DNA from: Psilocybe cubensis
Taxonomy: Eukaryota
Assembly (NCBI GenBank): GCA_017499595.2
Contig: CM039004.1
Location: forward strand, 2,480,001-2,544,000
Length of the DNA: 64,000 bases
Direction of reading: 5' to 3'
Part shown: piece by piece, positions 10,973 through 23,441 of the stretch
Layout of the letters: every line of letters starts with the position of its first letter
Numbering within the stretch: the first letter of the stretch is position 1
Notes under the pieces: generated by a model
What the model saw: only the letters and a program-made list of their open reading frames with translations
Told to the model about the DNA's origin: nothing
The model's database searches: none
Made by a program: the position numbers and the translations under genes

Positions 10973-13900
10973 ATGTTATTGGGAAAAGGTTCGTCTCGTC
11001 TGCTACATAAAGGTTGTCACGGCACCAACACTACCGTCATAGGAAGAACGGTTGCTGAGAGGGCGAAGGATGTATCCGAGCATCGAGCTAAAGCGAAGAA
11101 GGACCAAGGGATACCATTGGATCAGGAGATCTCCCAACATCCACAACTCCAGAGAGGTGTGTTTGTTGGGTTCTTTACTGCATCTCCTCAAGTAAACATT
11201 TTTTGTTTCTTAGCACCACTACCTCATACTGCAACCCCCTACGTTAAAAAATCCAAACCGACGCTCGCAGACATCAGGAGGCATCATGCCTCCATTTGTG
11301 CATCCTCAAAAAAAATGGGCGAAGTTTCCTTGCCCAAATCCGACATTAGGGTCGATAAAGTCAACGTAGAAGGTGAAGATGGTCATCTTGTCAACACATT
11401 CACCCTCACAATTATTCCAGGGGTAATCCCAGCAGTGAAGGTTGACATAGTCGACCAAATTGAGCGTCAGTTCTCGCAAACCCTTTCAGTCACAGCACCA
11501 CAAGGCACTCGTCGAAAGCAGCAAACAGATACTCCGGAGATATATAACTCAGGTTCACTTTTTCTTATTTCATTCATCTTTTTGAGCTGCGCTTACTTCT
11601 TTATATTAGGCCGGTATTTTGACGATGCCTCCAAATTCGCGAAGATTCTCCCGTCGTCGTTGCTTTCGTCGTTCAACGCACTTCTGCAGAGCTTGTTCTG
11701 TGGAAGTTCTCAAGCCGCGTCCGACGCTTCTCTCTCTGGATCTAAGCAAGTTCGAGAACAAATCATGAAGGAGGTACACGGCTCAGCAGGGCCTACCGGG
11801 GTGAATCTCGCTGCAACAAAGCACAGCCCAACCGACATACGGACTGTTCATAGGATTTTTGACAACATAGAGCCGGATGTGACAGTTTTTGCCACCTGCC
11901 CTGATGTACACTGCTGTACCCTCTATCCACCAACTTATCGCGAAAACAACATCCCTGAATACCCTTCACAATGCACCGAGGTTAGATACGGCAAGCCCTG
12001 CGGAACATCTCTTGTAGGAGGTTTCAACACCAAAAGCGGAAAAGCAACACCGACGCCTGTAAAACCCTATTCATATCGCCACTTCAACGACCATGTCGCT
12101 GCGATGCTCTCTAGGCCAGGAATAGAGGACGCTATCGAGTCCCATATGGCCAAGACTGCCAGTGGATCGAGTGCACTCGAAACCGAACTTGAAGACATTA
12201 TGGGTTCTAGCGAGCTCCAAGATGTTTTAGATAGCACCGGCCAGCCTTTTCTTCGACAATCTGGGACTGAGCTTCGTCTGGTCTGGTCACTTGCGGCCGA
12301 TTGGTATAATCCCTTCACCAACAAGGCATCCGGAAAGGTGGTGTCCACCGGTGTGGTCGCAATGATCTGTCTCAGTCTCCCTCCTAACATTCGGTACTCA
12401 GAAGAAAATATCTACGTCTGTGGTGTTATCCCTGGTCCACAGGAACCAGCACTTGACGCAATCAACCCTTTCATTACCCCACTCATGCACGATCTGAACG
12501 CCTCTTATCACCCTGGAACCTATTTCTCGCGCACATTCAATCACGAGAATGGACGGTTGTGCCGTTCAATGCTCGTCCCTCTTATTGCAGACACATTAGC
12601 ATCTAAAAAGATCACTGGAAACATCTCACATAGCAGCAACTTCTTCTGCTCTCGATGTCGACTTCCTCGGGCCCAGATTCACAATCTAGACCATACCCAA
12701 TGGCCCCCTGGTCTTAGCCGCAGTGAACATGTTCTATGTGCTGAGGAGTGGCAGGCTGCCCCTTCATTTAAAAAACAAGAGCAACTTGCCCGAAAAAATG
12801 GAATCCGCTGGTCTGCTTTGCTTCTTCTACCGTACTGGCAACCGAGCCGGTGGTCGGTAATGGATGGCCTTCATGTACTGCTGCTTGGTGTTGTTCCCCG
12901 TCATTGCAGGGATCTTCTTGGTCTCAACATGAAGGGGCTTCCGTCGGAGGAAGACAACGACGAAGAGGCCCCTCTTCCTCCGGGTTTGATGGATAGAGCA
13001 CGAACCGCCCTGTTAACGGGGTCATCGGGTCAGCTACAGAAGTTTAACATCAGAGTTTTAAGACGCCTGTGCGAAGAGAAGAAGATTAACCTTGCTTTTC
13101 GCAAAACGGGAAGTTGCAGAAAGAAAGATTTCGTCAGTGCTTTATTGGTAAGTTGTTTCGAGCCAGAATATCCTTTGTGGCTATGCTGATGATTGATTCC
13201 AGGGAAGAGACGTACCTTCAGCAGGACAATCGCTGCTTGACTCATCTGAAGATATGGGACTTCAATTTATTCTAGATGGCATTTCCTCCCCACTCACCAA
13301 TCCCCCCACGCGAAAGATTAAGGCCACGTTCGCAAAAAAGACAAAGACGAATAAACCCGCTTCAGTCATAACTCAACAAATGCTGGTCCGTATTCGTCAA
13401 GACTCCGAGTTGACGCTTCGCCCTGCTTGGCAAGCTGCACTTCCTAAAACCTTTGGATCTCCAGGTCATGGAAAATTGAAGGCTGATCAGTGGAGAACTG
13501 TCATCGAATTTGATCTACCAGTGTCGCTCATTCAAATTTTGGCCACACAAAAGCCCTCTGGTGCTATACACAGGGACGCTCAACTTCATAAACTTGTCAT
13601 TCTTACCGTCGACCTTGCCATAGCACTAAGCTGGGGTTTATCACGGCGCACTTCCAACTTACACATTGACAACTATACGTTGCATATAGGCCGGTACCTT
13701 CGTGGGGTGCAGGATTTATTTCCCGAATATGATCTGAAGCCAGTTCACCACTACGCACTTCATATTCAGGACGTGCTTCGCTCATTTGGACCCTTGCATG
13801 GAACATGGGCATTTCCATTGGAGAGGCTGATAGGTGTTTTGCAAAAATTTAACACGAATTCTAAGGCGGGTATGTTCAAGTTTATGTTTTCATATCCGTA

Positions 13901-14740
13901 TATCATCAGAGGGCTTGCACGAACTGACACATTTTGTCTTGTGTATATCAGGGGAGATGGAGGCTACCGCCATGAGAACATTCTGTCGACGGTCCAAACT
14001 TATATGTTGGGTTGAAACCAGTGGTTGTCCAAAGATTCTCAAGGAAGCTTGGAGAGAATTCAGCTTCAAACAAAAACGGGACCTGGGATACGGGAATAAT
14101 GCCGTTCAACCTCAGTCACAGGCATACGACCAACAGGACAACCTCCCTGGACCCCAGCTCGACCCGCCAGACGAACTTTGCCCTGATGTCTGTTCTCGTC
14201 CCAGTCGAGACAGGCTGACGCCCGACATGGAGCTATCGTTTTTGGTGAACTTTACACCTTCTGGAAACGAAACCAAGGTCTATTTCTCTCTGGATGCCAT
14301 AGAAGTCTTTCATTCCTTTTCCCGAGGAAGTGTGCAATATACCGACTATCTCCAAACAGAAAAACATAGTGTTATATACTTTAGGCCAAATCCGACATCG
14401 CAGGACTTGAATCCAGCACAGATCCGCCACATCTTCCGGCACACACACCTTCAAGGCACAAGAACTATAGTGCAGATCTTTGCTGTTATTCACTGCTATA
14501 TCCCTGCTATGCTTGATAGTGATCCATTTTCCCCCTTCCCAGAATTTCGCGCTGGAATATTCTCCGCGGAACCTTCGGCAACCTTTCAAATTGTGAAGAG
14601 CTCTCAAATTCATTGCCATGCAAACCGTCGTCCGTGGGATACATCGTCTGTAGTAATGAGGGCAGTTGACAGGGTACGTACGTCTCTTAATCCTTGACAC
14701 AGCGATAGCACTCATAATTGCCACAGTGCTATTGAGACAG
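10973..14740 (+). mobile_element. CACTA/En-Spm (CMC) superfamily DDE transposase, tnp2/Transposase_21-like, multi-exon, apparently intact
   Basis: Motifs: WSLAADWYNPF..K.SGK..STG...M.CLSLPP.IRY..ENIY..GVIPGP.EP; LIADTLASKK; SHSSNFFCSRC; NGIRWSALLLLPYW; MDGLHVLLLG; GKLKADQWR; HYALHI....RSFGPLHGTWAFPLERLIG.LQ. The three ORFs (10973-13189, 13254-14015, 13834-14697) can be joined by GT-AG introns near 13148-13202 and 13870-13950. The true start may lie upstream of 10973. Confidence 0.88.
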
Positions 14741-15310
14741 ATGTGGCGATACAGCAGTCAACAGCAACAGATCCGGCACGACATCGTCTCTTTTCCACCA
14801 GAGCAGCTTTCAGACCCATGGAGGGCCGCAGTTACGACATACTCTGTTGTCTTTCCTGCTGCATTGCTGTAATCCAAAGCTGAAATTTGCAGAATGATAT
14901 TAACTGTACTGTAAAATTCAGATAGTAGGCGAGACTTAGTGGTATTGTTGTTTACTCTCCTCTCATCTTCAATCCACCTGCTTCTCTACAGACCTGCTTC
15001 TCTACAGTGGTCTGTTCACATAGCCATCAAGGCATGCGTGCGTCTCCCATCGCATTACAACCATTGCAAAAGCGGTATACTCCTTGACATAAGAAAATCA
15101 ACTTTAAATGTCTGCATCATTGAATAAGTCCGAGAGAGCAAGGATTTGGTTCCTTGAGGGCAGAGGTGTGATTTACAAAGTTGCAAGGAAGAGAGAGCGC
15201 GAAGTAGCCTGTGCTACGGATCCGGATGATGATCCGTGAGCCTGCTACCCCGCTTATAGTCTATGTATCGGATGCAGGGATTATCCGCTTCTTAACGAAG
15301 GGTGCAGGGC

Positions 15311-16539
15311 CTTAGGAAATCGAAGATGGAATTCTGGCATGTTTTCTTTCTTTTCTTTTTTCTTCTACTTCTTATTCTTTTCTAGGCCAAGATTATGTCG
15401 CCTCTACCCCACCGGTGCTCTCTGCTCACTCCATATCCTAGCCCAAAAAAAGACCACGAGCTACCACATCGGTCAGCTCAAGGCAAAGCTCGCAAAGCTC
15501 AGGCGCGACTTTATTGCCCACCTTCCTCGGGTGGAGTCGGTGGTGGTGGTGGTGGTGGTTTCAATGTAGCAAGGTGCGCACTTCCCTGTTTATCTTCACT
15601 CGCTAACACCCCATCAGAACCGGAATAGCGTCGGTCGGCTTTGTGGGCTGTCCCTCAGTAGGAAAGGTCTGTTTTCTCCGCTTCTCTGCTCCTCCATTCC
15701 GGCTACATCTTCCCCATGCACAGTCCACGCTTATGTCAAAGCTCACCGGCACCCGAAGCTTCAGAAATCGACTTTACAACTCTCACAACCGTGCCCGGTA
15801 CCGGCAAAGTCCACGGCGCGCCTATCCAGATCCTCAATCTTCGTACGTCACTTTCTCTCGTCCCGAAAGATTCACCCACTCAGCTCGTTTGGTAGCCGAT
15901 ATTATCGAGGGTGCCGCAGACGGTAAAGGTAGAGGTCGACAAGGTGCTCCCACATTCCAATTGCCGTAATCCTTTAGTTCTTGACCTCCCACACTATATT
16001 ATCATAGTCATCGCCGGTTCGGAAGCCCACCTATCTCGTCAGCTCACTCGCAAACCAGCTAAACTTCCGACTTAGTGGCGCGAACGAAGGCCATCCTCAG
16101 GGAGTACAGACTTAACGATGTCGATATTGCTATCAGGCAGCCAAATGCAACAGCAGACAATTTGGTAGACGTGATTGAAGGAAACAGGTGCGTCTGGCGC
16201 TTCATTGCCGAGAGGTGCTGCCCACAGCGCTTCATTGCCGAGAGGTGCTGCCCATTGTGCTCAACCATAGTTAGAGTCTACGTTCCAGCTATCTATGTAT
16301 GTTTTTCATTTCGCATAAATCAAGTTTGCGATACTCATCTTTTCTTTTCATTATCTGGCCAGGTACTAAACAATGTCGACCTGATTGAACCGTTTTCCAT
16401 CCACTCTCTCTGATTAGTTATGTTGACAGATTGATGCAATCTCAATCGAACAGCTCGACCTTCTGTCAGTTTACATCCCATGTGTTCCGTTATCACCATG
16501 TTCTGATTTATCTTGTGCTCGCAGCTACAAAATTCCCAA
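15311..16539 (+). pseudogene. RBG1: Captured, degenerate fragment of developmentally regulated GTP-binding protein 1 (DRG1/Rbg1), with introns
   Basis: Pieces read EIED, KKTTSYHIGQLKAKLAKLRR, GGGGGGFNVAR, VGFVGCPSVGK, STLMSKLTGT, IIEGAADGKGRGRQ, KAILREYRLNDVDIAIRQPNATADNLVDVIEGNR, VYVPAIY, IDAISIEQLDLL/YKIP. It has frameshifts, an internal deletion and no C-terminal TGS domain. Confidence 0.9.
16197..16254. repeat. Tandem duplication of a 30-bp unit (GCGCTTCATTGCCGAGAGGTGCTGCCCA..) inside a DRG-relic intron
   Basis: Two adjacent copies are visible in the sequence. Confidence 0.9.
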
Positions 16540-16690
16540 GTTTCTGTGTTGTTGTCTTCCTCCTTGATCAGTCTAGTTTGGTCTGTTCCAACGCCGTCTG
16601 CGTCCACGCTCGCTCACCACACTCATTACTCCTGCGCATGCCACTGGCTGGTCTCCGCCCAACAGCGTCCTACTCTCCTCTACCAACACC

Positions 16691-16940
16691 ATGTGCAACT
16701 GCTGTGGTCCAAAGTGGAAGCGAGAAGTCGTTCCAGACCACAAGGTATCTTACTTCCTCCTCTTTTGCTTTTTCTCGCCCTTACCCCACCACACAGTTCG
16801 ATTTCATCAACACCGCAGAGTTCACCGACAATGGCTTCATGATGCGGGTCAAGTCGGTCTGCTCTCGCTCTTTTCACCTCGCCCCCCGTTCATGTCTTCT
16901 TGCAGGTATCGTGGCTCTACATCATCGTCCTCAAATATCC
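16691..16940 (+). pseudogene. Captured 5' fragment of a Kch1/Prm6-type potassium transporter gene, with introns
   Basis: Spliced reading MCNCCGPKWKREVVPDHK/FDFINTAEFTDNGFMMRVK/..WLYIIVLK matches the N-terminus of fungal KCH family proteins as I recall it. The gene stops at about the first TM segment. Confidence 0.7.
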
Positions 16941-17334
16941 CTCAATCATGAGCTATCATAAATCATTATCCCAACCACCCATATCTTATGTAGCTATGCT
17001 GTGGAAATAAATTTGATTCCTATGCCCGTCCATTATTCATCAGTACTCGCCCACACAATAGATGATTCTGTAGGGAATTATTTGCGGCTGGATCCTGGTA
17101 TCTACCCTCATTTATCTGAAGTCTGGGGGATCAATTCGCATCGGGTACATTCTTGTGTGCGCCTCACTTCGGAAGCGGATACATAACCTGTTGAAACTTC
17201 CCACCATGACTTATCCTATCCTGTCCAGTGCCTAATTCGTCGCCACACACTCAAATACGCGCAATGTTATACATGGGATATAATTTGGCCCCTACTTATC
17301 GACTCCCAATCGCCTGAGTTAGAATCCCCACAAT

Positions 17335-19136
17335 TTACACCTGAATTTTCCAGTAACCTCGATTAAACGACCACTTTCTGGGACCCTTGTCAATCATCGG
17401 CCCCAACCAAAACATTTGTAAACCTTTACAAGATTGAGATCGGAGGTCATTCAACATCTCCGAAGTTAGCTGACAGTTGTCAGGAATGTGATCGACGCAG
17501 TGGGATATGCGAAGTGTTGTCAAATCTGGAAACCATCGAAGCAATTTTCTCAGGTATAACTGTAGCAAGATAAGGTTAGCAAGTGATCAAAGACCGAAAA
17601 GCGAAGTGCGCACAAGAACGTCGGCGTTTAGGGTGTAAACACATAGGTGCAAAACACGGATGTTGGATGCAACTTCGTCCTCAGCGCCATCAAAACAAGT
17701 GCATGTAAGCTGTGACGTCGATGTTGTATGACTTGAGAGATGTACGGGAAGGGTAAGTCCGTGCGAGAAAGCTGAAGCAGGGGTGTGGTTATAGCAGTTT
17801 ATTACCTTGATCATTGACCTAATAGAGTCGCAAATCATATCATTAGAAGTGGTCGGTGGGTGTACTTCGACAGAAGCTAGTGAAGAATTGTTGGCCATTA
17901 ACCAGCCCGAGTAGTTCGCCGAAAAGGTGGCTTTGGTGAGAGGTGGAAGCCTGAGGATGGGTCGCTTATGATAAGGAATGGTATTTGTTTCATGTCCCAC
18001 GTTCAAGAGCGACATCCGCTGTATTTTTGGGTTTTGGGAAGAGAAATAGGGTGGAAGAGTAATGGGGAGAATATCATGGACAGTGACCTTCAATGTTTCC
18101 ATGGAAGGGAGCTGAAGGTCTTGAAGAACCCCTTGAATTATGGCACTGTTCGGAGAGCTTAACGTCAGATCTACGACAGACGATCCACTGAGTAGCAGTG
18201 GAAGAAGTTTCCGCATTCTGGAGGGTTCGAATATGGCGAGATCCAAGTCAACCATTAAAATGTTATACATTGAGCGACGCGCTGCAGAATCCAAAGTGTA
18301 AATCCCCATGGATGAAGCCTGAACAGCCAGCGGACTTCTTCTTTTCATCCTGGCCTGGGTTCTCTTGACCTTGGGTCGACCACTGCTCTCCTTTCCTTCT
18401 ATGTTGAGCGAGAGACAGTCTGTTCCTAGCGATGAAAGAAGGGTAATGATGGCCAAGGGTAGTTGGCTATATGTGTTATAGATAGGAAGGTCGGAATGAT
18501 TGAAATAGAGGAAAACGCTGGACACCTTGATCCGTGTTTCGAAGAATGGGCGTATGAGGTCCGAAAAATCAAGAAGCGACAATGTATCTATGTCGACACT
18601 GACGGTGAGATTTTCCAGTGCGAAATGGGAGGGAGGAAGTGCGGATAAGAGAATATAGATGGCCAACTGGGGTACGTTATCAAGAATTTGGATTCGAAGC
18701 CTAAGCTTGCGAAATGACTGGGAGAATGATATGACCTTGTGGCGATGCAGATATATATCATAGCATCTAAGCCGAAGGGATTTGCATGTCCGAGCCATGG
18801 TCAAGATGTCCGCAGAATCAAGATATTCGTTCATCAAGTGGTGTTGAATGTCATGGGAAAGGCCTAGAAAATTAAAGGCTGACGTGACCCTACGCCTCTG
18901 AAAGTATCTCTCTGTTACAATATATTAAATAGGATGAATAATGTCTATAGACTATACCTTTGATGATCGTGAAAGCTCATCGGATCTGGAGATGTACTTC
19001 AATTCGAAGGGTCCGAATTATCAGTCTATTAAACGGAAAATTTATTTGAGATACGTACCGCCGCAGCCTTGCGTTTTCGGGAGATACACTTTGCTGATAC
19101 CTGGAAGTAATGTTTAAGATTTGAGGATGAGGCCAT
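17335..19136 (-). CDS. F-box-like protein, paralog B
   Basis: 5' exons read MASSSNLKHYFQ / CISRKRKAAA. The main exon starts RRRVTSAFNFLGLSHDIQHHLMNEYLDSADILTMARTCK. The last exon reads LYLRKLLRWFPDLTTLRIS. Homologous to 7455-9344 and 31746-33551. Confidence 0.72.
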
Positions 19137-21534
19137 GGTAAGTGGTGGATACTGACTGGAATCCATCAGCCCAACCAATTGCGCAGTGGGTTTTAACAAC
19201 TTCAATACACAATAGAACAATAAACTTATCGAAGTAGGGTCCCTCCACATAATTCGGTATCTCGAGTGTCGGTTGTCAACAAATAGCTCATGGTAACCGA
19301 AATCCTAGGCTTGGCGTTTTCATTCCGACAAATTCCAGTCGGGGATGCCATGCGAAGGCAGACAACTTGCGAATCATTTATTTTCTTCTCCACAAAGGCA
19401 CAGATGCAGAGACAAAGATATTTACAAGAAATCCGACGTTCTAATTGTTCCCTGGCTCGATCATGCCCCTTCCTGTGCACGCCGTGCTTGCTTTGGTTAT
19501 GCGTAGTAAAAAAATCTGTTGATTGGAAGAAAAGACGCCAGGTCAGTAGGCTCCTAGTAATTCCTACCTGCTGCGACATCATTGCATGTTACAACCGACT
19601 GGGCATGGATCTCTCATACATGCAGCTCAGGTACATTTCCTAAGTCGACTATGGATTAAAACCAGTTATGGGCTTAACAATTAGGGTGTCGATTGACGAG
19701 ATCTCTGGAAATTCCCATGATCCTAATCATCCTTTTAGTCAAGTTTCAATCAATATATTGGCAACTCGTCAACGGCTGTTCTGTGACGAAACAGTTCGGT
19801 TAAAGGTGATTCAATGGCCCTAATTCAGTGATGAGGACATGGATTTGACGACTTCCTTTAATTAATATGCTTAAATTCTGTTGAAACCATCTCATCGCAA
19901 TATGTTTAAACAGAGAATCCGTCATCTCCTATAAATCGAGACAGACGGACTCGCACGCCTACTGGCCTTTATATTATAATTAATGGCGAACAGAGAATGC
20001 GGCTCCGAAGGCCCGGTAACACAACTGTAACAAACCATCATATTTTTTCAAGGTTCGCGTGGAGCAGGGAGCATTCTGTACGGAATAGCACCCAACCTAA
20101 CCTGATTCACTCGTTTTATAACTTGCAAGGTCTGGTCTCTACATCGGTCTGGTCGCATGTACAGTGCCAACTCCGATTGTGGCCTGGACCGGCCACATGA
20201 CTCGCGCCGTCAAGCATATCCCTGGCGCAGAACTGTTAGGCTCGTGACCATCCTGTATGCATCCTCTTATACAGAGTGGCAGTCACAGGTCTACAGAACT
20301 GTCACTTACATACTGACTACCTCCAACAAAAACAGGTACGTTCTGAACTATTCTGTACACATATCCGCCCTGTTTAACCTCTGAAGTAGCAATATTTTAA
20401 GATGAAGGCGTTGCCATTGAGCGCGAGGCCATTGGCCGTGAGCCTGTGGAGGCGATATACGCAAGAATTGTGAAGAGCTCTCGGTTGACATCGTTCAGTC
20501 TTCCAATGCTCCCCAACTAAGTCTGACACGAAAATCTCAGGTTCCTCGTCAGAATTGCCGGGGCCACCTCGATTGAGCTGGAAAATCTATTTGAGATGTC
20601 GCAGCTCTTTGAAGAATATCCGATGCTACTTTATTGGAAGACAGAAAGTCTGCGTCTTTGGTCTGCTCTAGCTGCAATGCAGCAGTGTCGGATATATCTT
20701 TCCAGTATTTTATCATTTATTCAAGAAAGCAGCTCAAGCATCTCGTCAAAAATCTGGAATCCAAAACCAGAGGAAAGTATCTGGATGACTGGACAACCAG
20801 AATTGATTTCCGGATATAGGTAGATTGATTGGACACCTTCTCTTGACGTGGGATTTTTCTCCTTTACATATCCCCGAGTCTCCTGGATTTACCCTCTCTA
20901 GAACACTTTGAATGTGACATTGTTTCTCTTCTTCTATCCTCACGGGGCCAAGCTTCGCCTATTTCGCACAAACTCTCGGTCCTCTGAGCTCCTTTCAAAC
21001 GCCCTCACCCTCTACCCAGAACTCCAAAGCCTAGTCGTCTTGCTTCTTGGAAAATCGTTCATGACCGTAAGTTTCCTATCCTATAATTGAATTTCCATAG
21101 TATATCTCTAGCTGACGAGCCTCTTCTTGAATCCGTCCGTGAGTCGGCTCGATTCAATAAACACTTGAACACGTTTGGACAATACGCCGGCTTGCAACCT
21201 CTGGACACCATAAAGTAAGTGCATCAGCATTAGAGACTTGAGGATATAAATATATTCATAACCATCTTACACATCGACCAGAAATAATCAAAACTAATCA
21301 AGTTGTGTGAGAACTTCTCTGAGAGAGGTGGCTATTTCATGTGACGTGCTACCCAACTGAGCGACGTGCGAAATCACCACCATCCTCCGACGCGAAGGAC
21401 ACGGTATTTTTGCAAAGATGCATGGGGGAAGTTTAGGACCCTGTCGACAGCTTTCGGTACCTAGCCTGTGAATGTCAAGTTTTCGCTTATATGGGGTCCT
21501 TATTTAAACCCAGGAGCGGATGTGGACCTTTAAC

Positions 21535-22837
21535 ATGTCGAACCACTGGGGTATGCCTTCAACTACAGCGATGGGTGGTAAGCGTGGTGGTCCCATATCG
21601 TCAATTTACTGTGCACTCACATCTATATCTATAGTCATCAATCTATCTCTCTTTTTTGCTGGCGCAAGCACCACTGCGGCACGCTCTTGGGACAGATGTA
21701 AAACTGCGAGATATGGAGCCGACGATATTTCTTCTGCCATAAGCACATTGCTTTTCTTGTTTTTCACGGTCTCTATTCAGTTGTCTCTACAGGGACCCGG
21801 TAAGTCATTCAAAGTCATTCATTAAGCCCAGGGGCCTGAAATTGAACTGAGTGCACAGGTGTACACTCACAAAATACGAAGGTTGCCCTTGCATATATGT
21901 GCGTAAGCGTAATTGTTATCTTGACCGTCAATAACCTATTGAGTGGCTTGAATGCGCAGGATACCGGTGTTTTCCTATGCAACGACATGGCAAGCATTTT
22001 CAAAATCATCAGTTATGCCGGCCAACTCCTCATTCCGAGTCCTTCAGGTTGTCACGGATTACACTTTTACTGACAATGTTCCGAGTTTCGGATGGAAGGA
22101 CAAAGGAACTCATACTTTTATGTACAGGCCTATTTGCAGTAGCCTGGGTAATTCTTTCCGTTCAGGTATGGTGGGTATGTAGAAAGGATCTTGGTGGTTG
22201 GAAGGCCGACGTACACCCCCAATGTTCATTCGACGTTAACACCGTCGTTGCTCAAATTATCTGTGAGTGTCGACATTCTTATTGATCCATCTTCCCTAAA
22301 TTATACTAAACCCGACCAGCGGATACCATAAGCAACATTTTTCTTATTCTAATCCCTGTCAGCATCGCTTTGGTCGCCAGCATACAGACTAGACAGAGGT
22401 TCCGACTTATCACCATGTTCTCCACAACTCTATTGGCCACCGCCGTCAGCTTTTACCACTCTTATGTCTTGCTTAGATGGAGTGGCTGGCAAGAGATACT
22501 CGCCGCCATACTCCAGGTATGTTACAAAGGGAGTTGTTATGGATTTGATCACAAACTGACTATCATGACGTTGTAGTGTACTGTCTGCGTGATAGTATCG
22601 AATATCAGTGTGCTAATTGCATGGCTCCTCCGAAGGACGCCTCCCGCATCGCCAGAGTCTGACGAACAACTATGGTTGCAGACAATTTCGTGGGCGGTGG
22701 GGTCTGCTACCAAGCTATTTTTGGCATGGGTTCCGGTCTCATCAGTTGCGAATTCGAATGATCACGGCGGCGGCTCGAACTCAGGGATTAGAGGAAATAT
22801 ACAATCGAATATGCAGTTGGAAATTGTTCAGGGGTAG
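21535..22837 (+). CDS. Multi-exon integral membrane protein of the fungal rhodopsin-like/PTH11-related 7TM family
   Basis: Several hydrophobic helices with family-like motifs: RYGADDISSAISTL, QVWWVC....GWK....PQCSF...TVVAQII/SDTISNIFLILIP, RQRFRLITMFSTTLLAT, IVSNISVLIAWLLR. Confidence 0.7.
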
Positions 22838-23441
22838 ACAGACAACGGAACCGTAAGCTTTATTGCAGTGCTTAAGCCCGTATGCGGCAGTAGCCTTATC
22901 CGTATATACTAGATCAATTGCCTGAATGCATAGGATGAGATTTGCCTTCACACCTTGTGCTGTTTCTGTACCCAGACATGAGCAAGCAATAACTGGTGAC
23001 GTCGTTGTTCTCAAGGCTCCAGTTACTGCAATTAAACCCGACACGGTCTTTGCTCGAAGCCCACGCTCACGACCTCGGACATTTTCAATAGGAGGAAACA
23101 CGAATGGGATCTTCCGGGGTGGTCGTTCGGTTCAAGTTCGGTTGGTACTCTAGTTTGCTAACTTGAGGGGGACTCCGCGAATCGCTAGTATCAATATGTG
23201 ATAGTGCGTCGAGGGTCGTAACACTGATAATCGACGACCGTTGATGGCCACGGCGGATGTATTGTGCTTCAAGTCTCTACATAACTACTTTTCCATCCTG
23301 CGTGATTCTCGCTTACACACCAGACGCACCCATAACAGTCCAGTTGAGCTCACACCGTACAGTGAAATACCACGGTTGAATGGATTCAAGAGTGCTGACC
23401 AGTGAGTCGGGGAGTTGGTCTTGCCATGAGCAGAATTTTGG

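Noticed and set aside
10973-14740. Calling the transposase Plavaka, KDZ or a Starship captain
   Set aside because: It lacks the Plavaka SDKT-type motif, the KDZ CxC/DGE motifs and tyrosine-recombinase features. The motifs match tnp2/En-Spm.
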